Source of the DNA: an uncultured Phycisphaerales bacterium
Lineage (GTDB): Bacteria > Planctomycetota > Phycisphaerae > Tepidisphaerales > Tepidisphaeraceae
Reading direction: 5' to 3'
Assembly (NCBI GenBank): GCA_963755915.1
Contig: CAVWLP010000002.1
Coordinates: forward strand, 2,816,001 to 2,880,000
DNA: 64,000 bases
Part shown: piece after piece, positions 51,603 through 63,194 of the stretch
How the letters are laid out: each line of letters begins with the position of its first letter
Position numbering within the stretch: position 1 is the first letter of the stretch
Program-made: the position numbers and the translations under genes
The notes under the pieces: model-generated
What the model was told of the DNA's origin: nothing
Seen by the model: only the letters and a program-made list of their open reading frames with translations
The model's database searches: none

Positions 51603-54600
51603 CGTAATTCCTCCTCCACCTTGGTCTGCGGAGGCTTCTGACGAAGCAGACTGTAAACAACCGGTACAAAGAAAAGCGTGGCGAAGGTGGCGACGGATAG
51701 CCCACCAATAACGGCCCGGCCCAGGGGTGCGTTTTGCTCGCCCCCCTCGCCAAGGCCCAGGGACATGGGAAGCATGCCGATAATCATCGCCAGCGCGGTC
51801 ATGATGACCGGCCGCAGGCGGGTTATGCCGGCAGAGAGCGCCGCTTCATAGCAGTTGTGGCCGATCTTCCGTTGATCGTTCGCGAACGTGATGAGAAGAA
51901 TGCTGTTGGAGGTCGCGACGCCGATGCTCATGATCGCACCCATCAGGGATGGCACGTTGATCGTAGTGCCGGAAAGAAAGAGCATCCACAGGATTCCCGA
52001 AAGAGCGCCGGGCAGGGCCATTAGGATGATCATCGGGTCGAGCCAGGATTGGAAATTGATGACCATGAGCAGATAGACCAGCACGATGGCGAAAATCAGG
52101 CCGAAGCCCATGTCCTCGAATGAATCGTGCATGCTCTGGACCTGCCCGCGGATATTGATGCTGCTGCCGCGCGGCAGGGCCTTGCGCGCCGCGTCGACAA
52201 TGGCGTTGATTCCCTTCGCCAGAGAGCCAAGGTCGGTGTGGCGGGGATTGGCAAGCACGTCGTAGGTGTTGCGCACCTGGTAATGCGTAATATTCGCCGG
52301 TGAACGGCCGGGCACGATGTCGGCGATATTCCCAAGCAGTTGCGACCGCTGAACCAATTCGTTGCCTTCCTGGTATCCTTCCGGAACGACCGGCGAATTG
52401 CTCAGATCGGATATCGTGTCCATCTTGTACTGCGGGGTCTGAACCAGCACGTTGTACTGGATTCCGGTCTTGGGGTTGATCCAGAAATTCGGCGACAATC
52501 TGCGCGGTGCCGCTGAGGGAGACCAGCAGATCGTTGGCAACCTGCGATTGCGTCACGCCGACTTCGCTAGCCATCGTCCGGTCAACGTTGACGCGCACGT
52601 CGGGCTGGTCGGTAATTTGCGCCATCCGCACGTCCCCCGCCCCGGGCAGGGCGCGAATCTTGCGGAGCATGTCGCGGGCGATGCCCAGGTTGGTGGTCTG
52701 ATTCTGCGGCGGACCGTCGATCTGAACGTCAACCGGGGCGGAGATGCCGAAGTTCAGCACCTGCGTAACGATATCCGCCGGCAGGAAGTAAAACTGCGAC
52801 GCCGGAAATTTCTTCGGGAGGTCTTCGGTCAGGGCATCGATATATTTTTGCGTCGGCTCATGTCCCGGCGCAGGGAGATGAGGATTTCACCGTCCGCGGA
52901 AGAGTCGAGCGTTTCGTCGCTGAGCGAAAGGTTGATCGAGCTGTTGGGGATTCCCATGTTGTCGATGAGCGTTTCGATTTGGCTGGCGGGAATGTCCTTG
53001 CGGATTTGCCGCTCGACGTCGCCGAAAATCCGCTCCGTCTCTTCGATGCGCGTGCCCGGCGGATTCCGGACGTGCAGGCGCATCTCGCCTGCATCGACCG
53101 TTGGGAAAAAGTCAGTGCCTATGAACAGGATCAGCCCGCAGGAGAGGACCACCATGATGGCGAAGCCCACGATGGTGAGGTAAGCATGCTTCAGCGCCAG
53201 GTCCAGCATCCCGCCGTAGAAGCTGCGCAGTTTCTCGAATTGGACGTTAAACCCTTCGTGGAATCGCCAGATGAGATTGTTGGCGATCAGGTAGTGGCAA
53301 AGGGTCAGGGCCAGCAGCCCGGCGACGACGAAGGTAACGACGGTTTTCCAGTCGAAACTCTTCAGTTGACCCTTGGCGCCGGCAACGGCAGCGCCCCACG
53401 CATCCGGCAGAAACGCGACGACGAGGAGGATGATCGCGAGCAACAGAACCGCCAGCCCGATTCGCGTGAAAACCCACCACACGCTGGCCAGCATTGAAAC
53501 GTGTTTATGCTTGAGATGGGGATCAAGCTCGTGCGCCTTTTTGGGATCGGCATGTGGGTCGTCGGGGTCGAGCGTTCCGCCGTAGATTTCCACCTCGCTG
53601 GCCAGCAGATAGTGGACCATCGTCGGCACCAGCGTTCGGCTGAGGAGGTAGCTGGTCAGCATCGCAAACACGACCGCCATGGCCAGCGGGGTGAAAAGAT
53701 ATTTCGCGGCGCCGCTGATGAACAGGACGGGCACGAACACGATGCAAATGCAAAGTGTGGACACAAACGCCGGCACGGCAATCTGTGAAGCACCATCGAG
53801 GATCGCCTGTACCAGGCGTTTTTTCATGTCCAAGATTGCGGTGAATGTTTTCGATTTCGACCGTGGCGTCGTCGACCAGGATTCCCACCGCCAGCGCCAT
53901 GCCGCCGAGCGTCATCACGTTCAGCGTGTGGCCCAGCAGGCCCAGGATGATGATCGAGACCAGGATCGAGAGGGGAATCGAGACCACGACGATCAGCGTG
54001 CTGCGCCAGGAGCCCAGGAAGACCAGGATCATGAACGCGGTCAATCCCGCGGCGATGGCCGCTTCGCGCTCGACGCCTTCTACCGACGCCTTGACGAAAA
54101 TCGATTGATCGAAAAGGGGCACGACCTTGATCGACTTATCCATCTGCGCTTCGATCGAAGGCAGCACCGCCTTGAGGTGATTGACCACGTCGAGCGTCGA
54201 AGCGCCGCCGGCCTTCAGGACCACCATCAGCACGCCCTTTTTGCCGTCCTGGTGGACAATGCTCTGCTGGACCTGGAATCCGTCGCGAACAAAGGCCACG
54301 TCTTTCAGATAGACGGGAATGCCATTGACGGTCTTGATGGGCAGATTATTAAGCTCGTCGATAACCGTGGGGCTGGCATTCAGGATGATCGGTTCGTCAT
54401 GCGGGCCGAACTTGGCCGTACCGGCGGGGAGAATCAGGTTCTGGGCATTGACAGCCTGAACGACATCAGACGGGGAGATTCCCCAGGAATAAAGACGCTG
54501 GGGGTCGATATCGACCATCACCTGCTTCGCCTTACCGCCATAAGGCCAGGGCACCTGCACGCCGGCAACGGAGGCGAGATTAATGCGGACCGTCGTATTC

Positions 54601-55073
54601 GCCGCGTCGAATATGTCCTGCTCGGAAAGCCGGTCGCTGCTCATGCCGAGCTGAATGATCGGCACGTCCGAAGCGCTATACCGAAGGATCAGCGGCGGCT
54701 GGATCCCCGGTGGGAGCTGGCGCAGCGCGGTCTGCGAGATTGCCGTCACCTGCGCCACCGCTTCCTCGATGTTCACATTCGGATGGAAGAAAATCTTCAC
54801 GACGCAGATGCCCGTCAGCGACTGGCTCTCGGTGTGCTCGATGAAGTTGACGGTCGTGGGGAGAATGCGCTCGAACTGGTAAACGATGCGCTGCTCCATG
54901 TCCGTCGGGGTCATCCCGCTGTAGTTGAACGCCACGGCGATGACCGGAATATTGATGTTGGGAAATATGTCCGTTGGCATCCGAAGGATGGTCAGGATGC
55001 CCAGGAGCGCCACTAGCATGGCGGCCACGACGAATGTGTAAGGTCTGCGAAGGGCTAGACGTACAATCCACAT
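51599..55073 (-). CDS. RND efflux permease (AcrB-like; three or more frameshifts)
   Basis: MWIVRLALRRP, GILVDDATVEIEN, FFPTVDAG, GVATSNSILL, RLRPVIMTALAM. Confidence 0.92.
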
Positions 55074-55085
55074 ATAACTTCCGGG

Positions 55086-55617
55086 TCAGGACTTCTCTTC
55101 CTCGGTAGCTGTCGCGTCATCGGCCGCCTCGATGCGGTCGGCCCCGAAGACATTCCCCAGCCAGGTCATCGCTTCAAAGATTGTTTGCCGCTGTTCCTCA
55201 GATAGAACCGCAAGCTGCTTGTCGAGCTTGCGATGGGTCGCCTCGCGATTCCAGGTAGGCGCTGCGTCCCAGCCTTGTGAGCTGGAGGGAAACCTGGCGT
55301 CGATCCCGGGAGCACTCTTTTCGGGCGATCAGGTTCTTGGCCACCATGCCGTCGATCATTCGTGAGGCGGCCGGAAGCGACGAGCCGATGTGGTCGGCAA
55401 CCACCGAAAGAGAAACATCCGGCACCTTCGCCAGCAGGCCAAGGGCCCGGAACTGGGGAACGGAAAGCTCCGGCAGGCGATGCTCTCGCATCATTTTTCG
55501 GATCACCCGAACCACAGGCGGGACGACATTCAAAATCGCTCTGGCGCAATCTGCCGATGTCGGCTCCACGCCGGAACCGTTCCCCCGCTTGTTAATTTCG
55601 TCGGGCAATAATTGCAT
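55086..55617 (-). CDS. MarR-family regulator (frameshift near 55240)
   Basis: LSVPQFRAL, SRMIDGMV, DRRQVSLQLT; the shifted frame ends at TGA 55086-55088 next to the RND start. Confidence 0.88.
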
Positions 55618-55847
55618 GAGCTAACCATATACCGCATCGGACAACGGGTCAATTCGCTTAAAAAGAATGCGGTCAGCATCAAAAGAATCCCCCTATCGAG
55701 CGGCCGGTGAACCTATTTAAATGGCGAGTCTTATCTATCTTAACATCGGAACTGTCAATGAGTTGCGGATTCCATTCTGAAATCGTGAAGAATTGAAACA
55801 ATTTCCACAGTGTATCGTATATTAAATTGTAACGATCCTCCTTCCCT

Positions 55848-55887
55848 GGGTAGCGTGGAAAGCCGAGAGGTCCACGCTACCTTTTTT
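55848..55887 (+). terminator. Plus-strand intrinsic terminator with no plus-strand ORF upstream
   Basis: 11-bp stem GGTAGCGTGGA/TCCACGCTACC followed by T6. Confidence 0.75.
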
Positions 55888-55932
55888 ATGCGCGCAGCCG
55901 ACGCCATGCCCCGCGCTAAAAAATGCAAGGAC

Positions 55933-58182
55933 TTAGTCAGGCAGTGAACTGATTTCCTGCTGAATCTCCGCCTGCTGCTGGGCGGTCAGACGCTTGGGCT
56001 CCGCCTTATCCAACTGATCGTTGTAGTCCAGGGCCAGCTTAAATTGCTTCTTCGCTTCGGGGAGCAGATCCATCAGCTTTAAGGCGTGAGCATAATCCAG
56101 CCGCAGCGAGACTTCGTTGGGGTTAAGCTGCATGACCTGGTCGAAATCCTGCACCATCTGCTTCGCATCCCCCATCTGCAGATCGAAAATGGCCCGCAAA
56201 TGATAAGCGGCCAGGAATGCGGGGTCCTTGTCGATAGCGATGTCGTACCAGGTTTGAAGCTGCGGCCGCAGCCGAATCGCGCGATCGAGCTGCCGCGGAT
56301 CGCTCAGCGGCTCTGGCGGGCCGATGCTCAGGTGCAACGCACGCCCGGCGCGGTACGCGTAATCGGCATTGATCGGCAGCGTCATGGCCGCGTAGCCGTA
56401 TTCGTTGGAAGCCTCCTGAACGTCGCCGGCGCGGAGCTTGGCGTCACCCTCCTGGGCCATCGTTTCGGCACGGGCAATCGGCGCGGCAATCCAGATCGCG
56501 ACGCCAACCCAGATCACACTCGCGGCCCCGAGAGAAGCGATCGCGGATATCGAAACGCCCGGCGTGCGCACCGGTGGATTCCCCAATCGAAGCCCCAGCG
56601 CCGATCCGATCAGCACCGCCAGAAGACAAGTAGGCCCCGATTCAAACATCGAAAACTCAATCAGGTTGTGGATCAGAAAAACGCCCACGCCGATCAGGAT
56701 GCCATAAAGAATCCAGGGCGCCGCCCGCTGATCGACCTGCGGTTTCTCCAAGGTGCGCAGCGAGACCACCATCACGCCGATCACCAGGGCGCAGAAATAG
56801 AGAAGCTCTTTGATCAATACAATCGTGATGAAGCTACCGTTCTGATTGAAATCGACCGTTGCCCAGATATTGAGGACGATGCCGGCGACCGCGATCGCCG
56901 CCAGAAAGAGCACCTGACCCAGTTGCGATGTTCGCGAGACAGGGGCAAGTGTTGCCGGTGGGGCGGAAGGGCGGGTCAGTTCCCACCACAGTCTCCCCAA
57001 CCACGCCAGCATCAGGATTCCCCCCACAGCTCCCAGTTCCACGAAGAATCGAACGATGAAATCGTGCGGATCGTGAATTTCCTCCGAGGCCACCGGCAGC
57101 CGGTCGCGGACATATTGCTCCCCAAAATTCTCCCACCCGGTTCCGCGAACGGGGTGGCGCAGGAACATACGCCAGGACGCGACCCAATATCTCCACCGGA
57201 AATTCAGGCTGTCCGTCGGAAGCGAATGGTGATAAAGCCCATGCCCGACGACGGCGAGGATGAAAAACGAAACGATTCCCAGTCCGACCCAGAACCATCG
57301 CTTCGATTGCCGGGCCAGCGGACCACGCCATTTCCACACGACGGCGAGGAGCGCGATGACCAAAACGGGCATCACCATCGCCGCCTTGGATTGGGTCAGG
57401 ATCAGCAGCCAGATCGCCAGCGGCGCACTGAGGCCAAGCGCGACCGTCCAACCCGGGTCGTCCCGATCCTTGATTCGCTGAATGCCGACGCCCAGGCCGA
57501 TCGTGAGAAACAGCACGAGCAGGCCCGCGAAGGAGTTGGCCGAGGAATTAAATCCGACCAGTTCAGTAATTTTCTTCGCGAATTGGATTCCCTGAAAACT
57601 CTGCGGATCAAACCCCTGCTGCTGGAGCATCTTGGACTGCTGCTCGAGCATGGTGGGCATATCGACGAACTTGTAATAAAAGCCCTGGACGAGAAAGACG
57701 AGCAGCAACCCAAACGCCAGACCCGCGACCATCCGCAGTCGCATCCAGCTTCGCACCAGTTGCGTCATCGCCCAGAGAAGCGCCATCGCGCCGGCAAAAT
57801 TGCACGCCGAGACGATGCAGGCAAATTTATCGTCGGCCCATCTGGCGCTAAGCTCCATCCAAAAAACCAGCGGCAGCAGCAATGCCAGCGACCAGCTTCC
57901 CCGCAGCCGATAAGTTTTGTCCGTGCAGCGGCGCACCAGCACCAGAATCGCCGGCAGCCCGCAAAGCAAATTGAGAATCAGCGAGGTGTCCGCCCCCGCG
58001 CCCAGCGGAATATCCGGACTGCCGATGTTGACCTCGAGCGGATCGCGGATCGTTTCCAGCGTCATGCATCGCGCGACGACAAGTGCCAATGCCAGCCCAA
58101 ACGCGATTTGCGTTAGCCCCACGCGCCAATCGATCGCCGGCCGTGATTCGCGAACGGTTTGATAGTAACGCGTTCGCGTCAT
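55933..58182 (-). CDS. O-antigen ligase/Wzy_C-family membrane protein with a C-terminal TPR
   Basis: Many TM segments; ANSFAG, LTQSKAA, RWRYW...HPVRGTGWENF, DPHDFIV..ELGAVG; TPR-like tail. Confidence 0.82.
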   Translation of the reverse strand: MTRTRYYQTVRESRPAIDWRVGLTQIAFGLALALVVARCMTLETIRDPLEVNIGSPDIPLGAGADTSLILNLLCGLPAILVLVRRCTDKTYRLRGSWSLALLLPLVFWMELSARWADDKFACIVSACNFAGAMALLWAMTQLVRSWMRLRMVAGLAFGLLLVFLVQGFYYKFVDMPTMLEQQSKMLQQQGFDPQSFQGIQFAKKITELVGFNSSANSFAGLLVLFLTIGLGVGIQRIKDRDDPGWTVALGLSAPLAIWLLILTQSKAAMVMPVLVIALLAVVWKWRGPLARQSKRWFWVGLGIVSFFILAVVGHGLYHHSLPTDSLNFRWRYWVASWRMFLRHPVRGTGWENFGEQYVRDRLPVASEEIHDPHDFIVRFFVELGAVGGILMLAWLGRLWWELTRPSAPPATLAPVSRTSQLGQVLFLAAIAVAGIVLNIWATVDFNQNGSFITIVLIKELLYFCALVIGVMVVSLRTLEKPQVDQRAAPWILYGILIGVGVFLIHNLIEFSMFESGPTCLLAVLIGSALGLRLGNPPVRTPGVSISAIASLGAASVIWVGVAIWIAAPIARAETMAQEGDAKLRAGDVQEASNEYGYAAMTLPINADYAYRAGRALHLSIGPPEPLSDPRQLDRAIRLRPQLQTWYDIAIDKDPAFLAAYHLRAIFDLQMGDAKQMVQDFDQVMQLNPNEVSLRLDYAHALKLMDLLPEAKKQFKLALDYNDQLDKAEPKRLTAQQQAEIQQEISSLPD

Positions 58183-59300
58183 TTGCTTTGCTCCAGCAGC
58201 GCGACGACGCCGAGGATCAGCACCGTTTGCGCGACGATCAAAAGCGCCAGATCTCCGTCAACATGAGGCAGCACGATTGCCGCGATGCTGGTGGCGGCTG
58301 CCACGAGATAGAGGCAAAGCACCGCCGTTCGCCGCGACATGCCCCGCGCCACCAGCCGATGGCTGAAATGGTTGGTGTCCCCGACGAACGGGCTCTTGCC
58401 GCGCATAAGGCGGATGATGCTCACCACGATTAAATCATACAACGGCAGTGCCAAAACAATCACCGGCGCGAAGACCGCATACCAGTGATTCCGCCAGGTC
58501 ATGTCCGGGGCAAGATAAGTAGTCCGCACCGTCAGAACGCCCAGCATCAGCCCGATAAGCATGCTTCCGCCGTCGCCCATGAAAATCTTGGCCGGCGGAA
58601 AATTGTGCCACAGAAATCCAAGCATCGCCCCAAGCAGCAGTGACAACCCCGCCGCCACAAACCACTGCCCGATCGACAGCGTCGCGATCAGAAACGCGGT
58701 CGTGCAGACCGACGCCACGCCGGCCGAGAGGCCGTCCATGTTGTCCAGAAAATTGAACGCATTGGTGACGGCCGCGATCCAGAGCACGGTCAGAACGAGT
58801 GACACGATGTTTCCGCCCGGCATCTTGTCGTCAAGGAACGTCAGAATCCGGATTCTCGCGGCGAAGACAAGGGCGGTAATGATCAGAAGCTGGGCGAAAA
58901 GCTTGACCATCGGCCCAAGCGCTTTTTTGTCGTCCCACAAACCCAGGAGATGGATCGCCGCGCCGGCGAAGAGAATCCCGCAAGCGAACGGCACCTGGAG
59001 CCGCGCGCCCGACCAGTAGGCGTCGATGTTGCCGGCAATCTCTTTCCCCACGAATCCCGGGGAGCGGAGGAATCCAGGCGGGTCGGTCCACGTTAAAACC
59101 GCCAGTCCCGCCACGATCGGCAGCGCCAGCCCGCAGAAAATCCCCACCCCTCCCCCAAGCGGTTTTGGATTATCGTGGATTTTTCTGCCGCCCGGTTTGT
59201 CCACAAACCCGATGCGCACGGCAAAACGCCGCATCCAAAACGTCACCAGCCAGGAAATGGCAAAGCTGACCGCGATGAGGCAGACGATGACCCAGCTCAT
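58179..59300 (-). CDS. MraY/WecA-family (GT4) polyprenyl-phosphate sugar-1-phosphate transferase
   Basis: DKPGGRKIH, GLWDD, NAFNFLDNMDGL, NFPPAKIFMGDGG, GDTNHFSHRL. Confidence 0.92.
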   Translation of the reverse strand: MSWVIVCLIAVSFAISWLVTFWMRRFAVRIGFVDKPGGRKIHDNPKPLGGGVGIFCGLALPIVAGLAVLTWTDPPGFLRSPGFVGKEIAGNIDAYWSGARLQVPFACGILFAGAAIHLLGLWDDKKALGPMVKLFAQLLIITALVFAARIRILTFLDDKMPGGNIVSLVLTVLWIAAVTNAFNFLDNMDGLSAGVASVCTTAFLIATLSIGQWFVAAGLSLLLGAMLGFLWHNFPPAKIFMGDGGSMLIGLMLGVLTVRTTYLAPDMTWRNHWYAVFAPVIVLALPLYDLIVVSIIRLMRGKSPFVGDTNHFSHRLVARGMSRRTAVLCLYLVAAATSIAAIVLPHVDGDLALLIVAQTVLILGVVALLEQSK

Positions 59301-59399
59301 GTATTAACAAACCGCGGAAGCCGGCGGAAGATGCAATGAAAAAGAAGGACCCCAAATCCGGGGGTCCACTCTTAATTTTTTTGAAGTCGGCACGCCCGT

Positions 59400-59582
59400 T
59401 TATGGTAACCGCTTGCGCAGGAATCCGATTCGGTCCTTCAATTCCTGCAACTGACGATTGAGCACGCGGCGGTCCTCCGGACCTCGCACGTGTTCGATGG
59501 TTCGCCGAATTTGCCGGGCGTCGAGCTCCAGGCGCTCGATCTCAGCAATAACTTCGGCCTCGGGATTGTAAACTGCGCTCAT
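59400..59582 (-). CDS. Small coiled-coil hypothetical protein
   Basis: 60-aa ORF with GGAGG upstream and a helical hairpin pattern. Confidence 0.6.
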   Translation of the reverse strand: MSAVYNPEAEVIAEIERLELDARQIRRTIEHVRGPEDRRVLNRQLQELKDRIGFLRKRLP

Positions 59583-59660
59583 CGCGCCTCCATGTATGCG
59601 ACTAAATATATCTTATGTGCCGATTTTCGGCGTTTCAACCGGTACTACGCCTGATTTCGG

Positions 59661-60320
59661 CTAAATTGTCGCAGGCTCTAAGCTCGGTTTGCCCATCTTG
59701 ATGACCCTGGCCGGAACACCCACGACCGTTGCCCCCATCGGTACGTCTTCGATGACCACAGCCCCCGCTCCCACAATACAATAGGAGTCGAGCTTCAGGC
59801 ACTGAACAATATTCGCCCCCAAGCCAATAAAGGCCTGCTCCCCCACGCTCACCCTCCCCGCAAGGGTCGCGGAAGGGCAAATATGGGCGGCCGCGCCAAT
59901 CTGGCATTCGTGATCCACAACAGCGGACGTATTCACGATGACCGCATCGCTGATATGGGCGTCGGTCGATATCACCGCCCCCGCAGCCACCACCACATTC
60001 CGCCCAAGACGCGCCGTCTCAGAGACAAAGCTTGATGGATGGATTGCATTGACCAGGTCAAAACCCTGGCCGGAGATTTTTCGGAAGTACTGCCAGCGCG
60101 GATGGTTATCGCCAATCGAAATGATCGCCCCCTTCACCTTCTGCGATTTCAGCTTGGGCAGCATATTAAGCTGACCCATGACCGGCAGTCCGCCAACTTC
60201 CTGCCCCGTGAGTTGGGGGTCGGCATCGAGAAACCCCACGGGTTTGTGGATTCCCCCGGCACGAAGAATGTCCAAAACCACCCGCCCATGCCCGCCGGCG
60301 CCAATCAGAACGACATCCAT
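59661..60320 (-). CDS. NeuD/PglD-family sugar acetyltransferase
   Basis: IGAGGHG, IHPS, VDHEC hexapeptide repeats, VGVPAR. Confidence 0.92.
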   Translation of the reverse strand: MDVVLIGAGGHGRVVLDILRAGGIHKPVGFLDADPQLTGQEVGGLPVMGQLNMLPKLKSQKVKGAIISIGDNHPRWQYFRKISGQGFDLVNAIHPSSFVSETARLGRNVVVAAGAVISTDAHISDAVIVNTSAVVDHECQIGAAAHICPSATLAGRVSVGEQAFIGLGANIVQCLKLDSYCIVGAGAVVIEDVPMGATVVGVPARVIKMGKPSLEPATI

Positions 60321-60475
60321 GGCCGAATTATCGGACGTATTTAATCACGGGCAACAACAAAAAATGCCGATCGCCGATTTAAAGAACCCGCGTCGCGCGG
60401 TGTTTTGCTCAGGGGGTGTCCGACATCGCCCCTCATTGCCAAACCCCAACCATGCACATAGATTCGTCCGTTTCG

Positions 60476-61961
60476 ATGGAGGCCACACAATCCCCCCCAA
60501 TGCTTCGCCGCTGGTTGACGGCGTTCGTCATCATCGGGGTTGCCCTGCGGCTATTCCGATATGGTCTGGGACTGCCTCTCTGGGGGGATGAGGGATTTCT
60601 GGGGGTCAATATTCTTGACAGGTCATACCTCGGCCTGCTTAAGCCGCTGGAATATATCCAGGTCGCGCCCCTCGGATTTCTCTGGGCCGAGCGCGCCATG
60701 TATCAGGCGCTGGGGATGTCGGAATATGTGATGCGATTGATTCCCGTCCTCGCGGGCATCGGCGGCCTGATCCTCTTTGCCATGTGGGCAAGGAAAATCG
60801 CTGATCCCCTGGCGGCAACCATCGCCACTGGCGTCTTGGCGGTCTCTGATGAGGCCATCCGCCATTCCGCCGAACTCAAGCCCTACAGCATCGACCTCTT
60901 CGTATCCGTGCTGCTGCTCTATTTGGCGACCAGATTTCTACTCGAGCGCAAGAACCAATGGCTGATCGCCCTGATCGCGGTCATCCCCGTGGCGCTGTTT
61001 ATTTCACTGCCGTCGGTCTTTGTAGGAGCGGGCGTGGCCGCGACGCTGGTGCTGAACTTTCGCTCGCTCAACCCGGGCCAGCGCGCTCTCGCTTGGATTT
61101 GGCATCGTCCTCACCGCCGTCTTCGGCCTGCTCGTCTGGAAGTATCTCGGCCCGCAATTCGCCGGCTCGGGTCCCTGGCAACAGGTCTGCTGGGTCTTTC
61201 CGCCCTTGAATCCCTTCCAGTTCATCAACTGGTTCTTCATCGTTCACACCGGAAATTATTTTGGTTATCCCGCGGACGCCGGCTCGCCAGGCGGCGCCCC
61301 CAGCTTCATCCTTTTTGGCATCGGCGGAATCATATTGCTCATCCGCCGCCCCCGCGTGCTCGGCCTGCTCGTGCTCTCGCCGTTCGTGATGACATTTCTC
61401 GCCGCCGCCCTGCGCCATTACCCCTATGGCGACAGCCCCCGAATCGGCCAGCACGTGGCAGCGCCGATTTGTCTGCTCATCGGCGTTGGAGTCGCCGGGA
61501 TCATGCACCGCTTCGCAAAAACCCCCGAAGCCCTGCGCCTCACCTGCCTCGTCGGCTTCTGGGCCCTGATCGCCTTCGGTTGCGTGGGAATCATCGCCAC
61601 GGCATTTTTCCCCACCAGCGAGGTTCGCCGCGATCTGGCCACCCGCCGGTTTATCCGCGACGCCCTGCATCGCGCCCCGCCGGATACCACCATTGCCGTC
61701 GTCGAGGGGGCCGATCAATCTCCCATCCTTGAGCGCTGGTATCTTCACGAATGGCCGCACGCGATTCATTGGGCCGTGAACCCGGTGGATTTGCCCTCGA
61801 TGACAAACGGACCTCTCTGGATCGTCAACGCCCGCTTTTTCCCCGAGCAGTGGGCCAGGCAGATCAGCGCCCAGATCGGCCCGCCCAGGCAAGACATTTA
61901 TCAATCCTTCGGCGGCGACGAAGGGATCTGCGAAATCCTCATTTATTCCACCCCTTCTTGA
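60476..61961 (+). CDS. GT-C fold (GT39/ArnT-like) membrane glycosyltransferase (frameshift near 61100)
   Basis: LWGDEG, QVAPLGF, ELKPYS, YPYG..R; many TM segments. Confidence 0.75.
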
Positions 61962-62000
61962 CACGCCGATGCATTTCGTTGAACTCTCAACAATTACGGT

Positions 62001-63194
62001 ATGAGCAGGAGGGTTTTCATCAGCGTCGGCGAAGTCAGCGGAGACCAGCACGCCGCCCTTCTCATACGCGAGCTGAAGCTCCTCAACAAGGACATCATCG
62101 TCGAAGGCATCGGCGGCCCCGCCATGGCCGCCGCCGGCGCGATGGTCCACTACAACACCGTCAACCGCGCCGCCATGGGCCTCAAAGCGTTTCTCCGCTA
62201 TTTCGAATTGACCCGAGTTTTGAGGTGGACGGGGAATCACTACCGCCAGCGCCGGCCCGACCTCGCCATCTGCGTCGATTCCTGGACCATGAACTGGCAC
62301 TGGGGAATGCTCGCCCGCGAAATGGGAATTCCCGTCCTCTATTACGTCGCCCCCCAGATGTGGGCCAGCCGCCCCGGACGCGTGAAAAAGCTGCGAAAGT
62401 TCGTCGACCGCGTCGCCTGCATCCTTCCCTTCGAGGAAAAATTCTTCCGCGACCACGGCGTTGAGGCGACGTTCGTCGGCCATCCGCTCTTTGACGAAAT
62501 CCCTCCCCATCCGCCGTTCGACCCCGCGACGCGTTTTCCCAATCGCCCCCCGGTGATCGGCGTCGTTCCCGGCTCCCGCTCGGGCGTCTCCCGCATCAGT
62601 TTTCCGCCCATGCTCGATGTCTGCAACATCATCCGCCGCTCCTTCCCGCAGGCGACTTTCCTGGTTCCCACGACGACGGCAACGCATCCCGTCGTGAAGC
62701 GCACCCTCGAGGCCCAGTTCGGCCCCGGCGCTCCCACGCCCGACACGGAAACCTTTGGCCCCTTTACCCTCGGCCTCAACCAGTTCAACACGCTCATCCC
62801 CCGATGCGACCTCTGCCTGATCGTCTCCGGCACGGCAACCCTTCACGCCGCCGGCCACGGCGCGCCGCAAATCGTCGTCTATCGCGGCAACCCCATCGGC
62901 TGGCACCTCCTCGCCCGCTGGCTGATCAAAACCCGCACCTATTCTCTGGTAAACCTCCTCAACGATTCCCACCAGACGATCGTCCCCGAGTTCGTCCCCT
63001 GGTACGGCTCAAATCAGCCCGTCGCCGACAAGGCACTCGAATATCTGAACAATCCCGATTTGCTGATGCAGCAGCGCGACCGCGTCCAAAACCTCCTGCG
63101 AACGATCGCCCACCCGGGCGCAAGCCGGAATGCAGCGCGGCTGGCGAAGGATTTGATGGACGGCAGAGACACCACGTTGATGGGGCCGGGCTAG
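62001..63194 (+). CDS. lpxB: Lipid-A-disaccharide synthase
   Basis: GEVSGD, GIGGPAM, YYVAPQMWASR, ILPFE, FVGHPL, PGSR, SGTATL. Confidence 0.92.
   Translation: MSRRVFISVGEVSGDQHAALLIRELKLLNKDIIVEGIGGPAMAAAGAMVHYNTVNRAAMGLKAFLRYFELTRVLRWTGNHYRQRRPDLAICVDSWTMNWHWGMLAREMGIPVLYYVAPQMWASRPGRVKKLRKFVDRVACILPFEEKFFRDHGVEATFVGHPLFDEIPPHPPFDPATRFPNRPPVIGVVPGSRSGVSRISFPPMLDVCNIIRRSFPQATFLVPTTTATHPVVKRTLEAQFGPGAPTPDTETFGPFTLGLNQFNTLIPRCDLCLIVSGTATLHAAGHGAPQIVVYRGNPIGWHLLARWLIKTRTYSLVNLLNDSHQTIVPEFVPWYGSNQPVADKALEYLNNPDLLMQQRDRVQNLLRTIAHPGASRNAARLAKDLMDGRDTTLMGPG

Noticed and set aside
56086-58116. Long antisense ORFs (676 aa here; also 61068-62972, 14609-15970 and 53679-55016)
   Set aside because: These are shadow frames of real genes in high-GC DNA and show no recognisable motifs.
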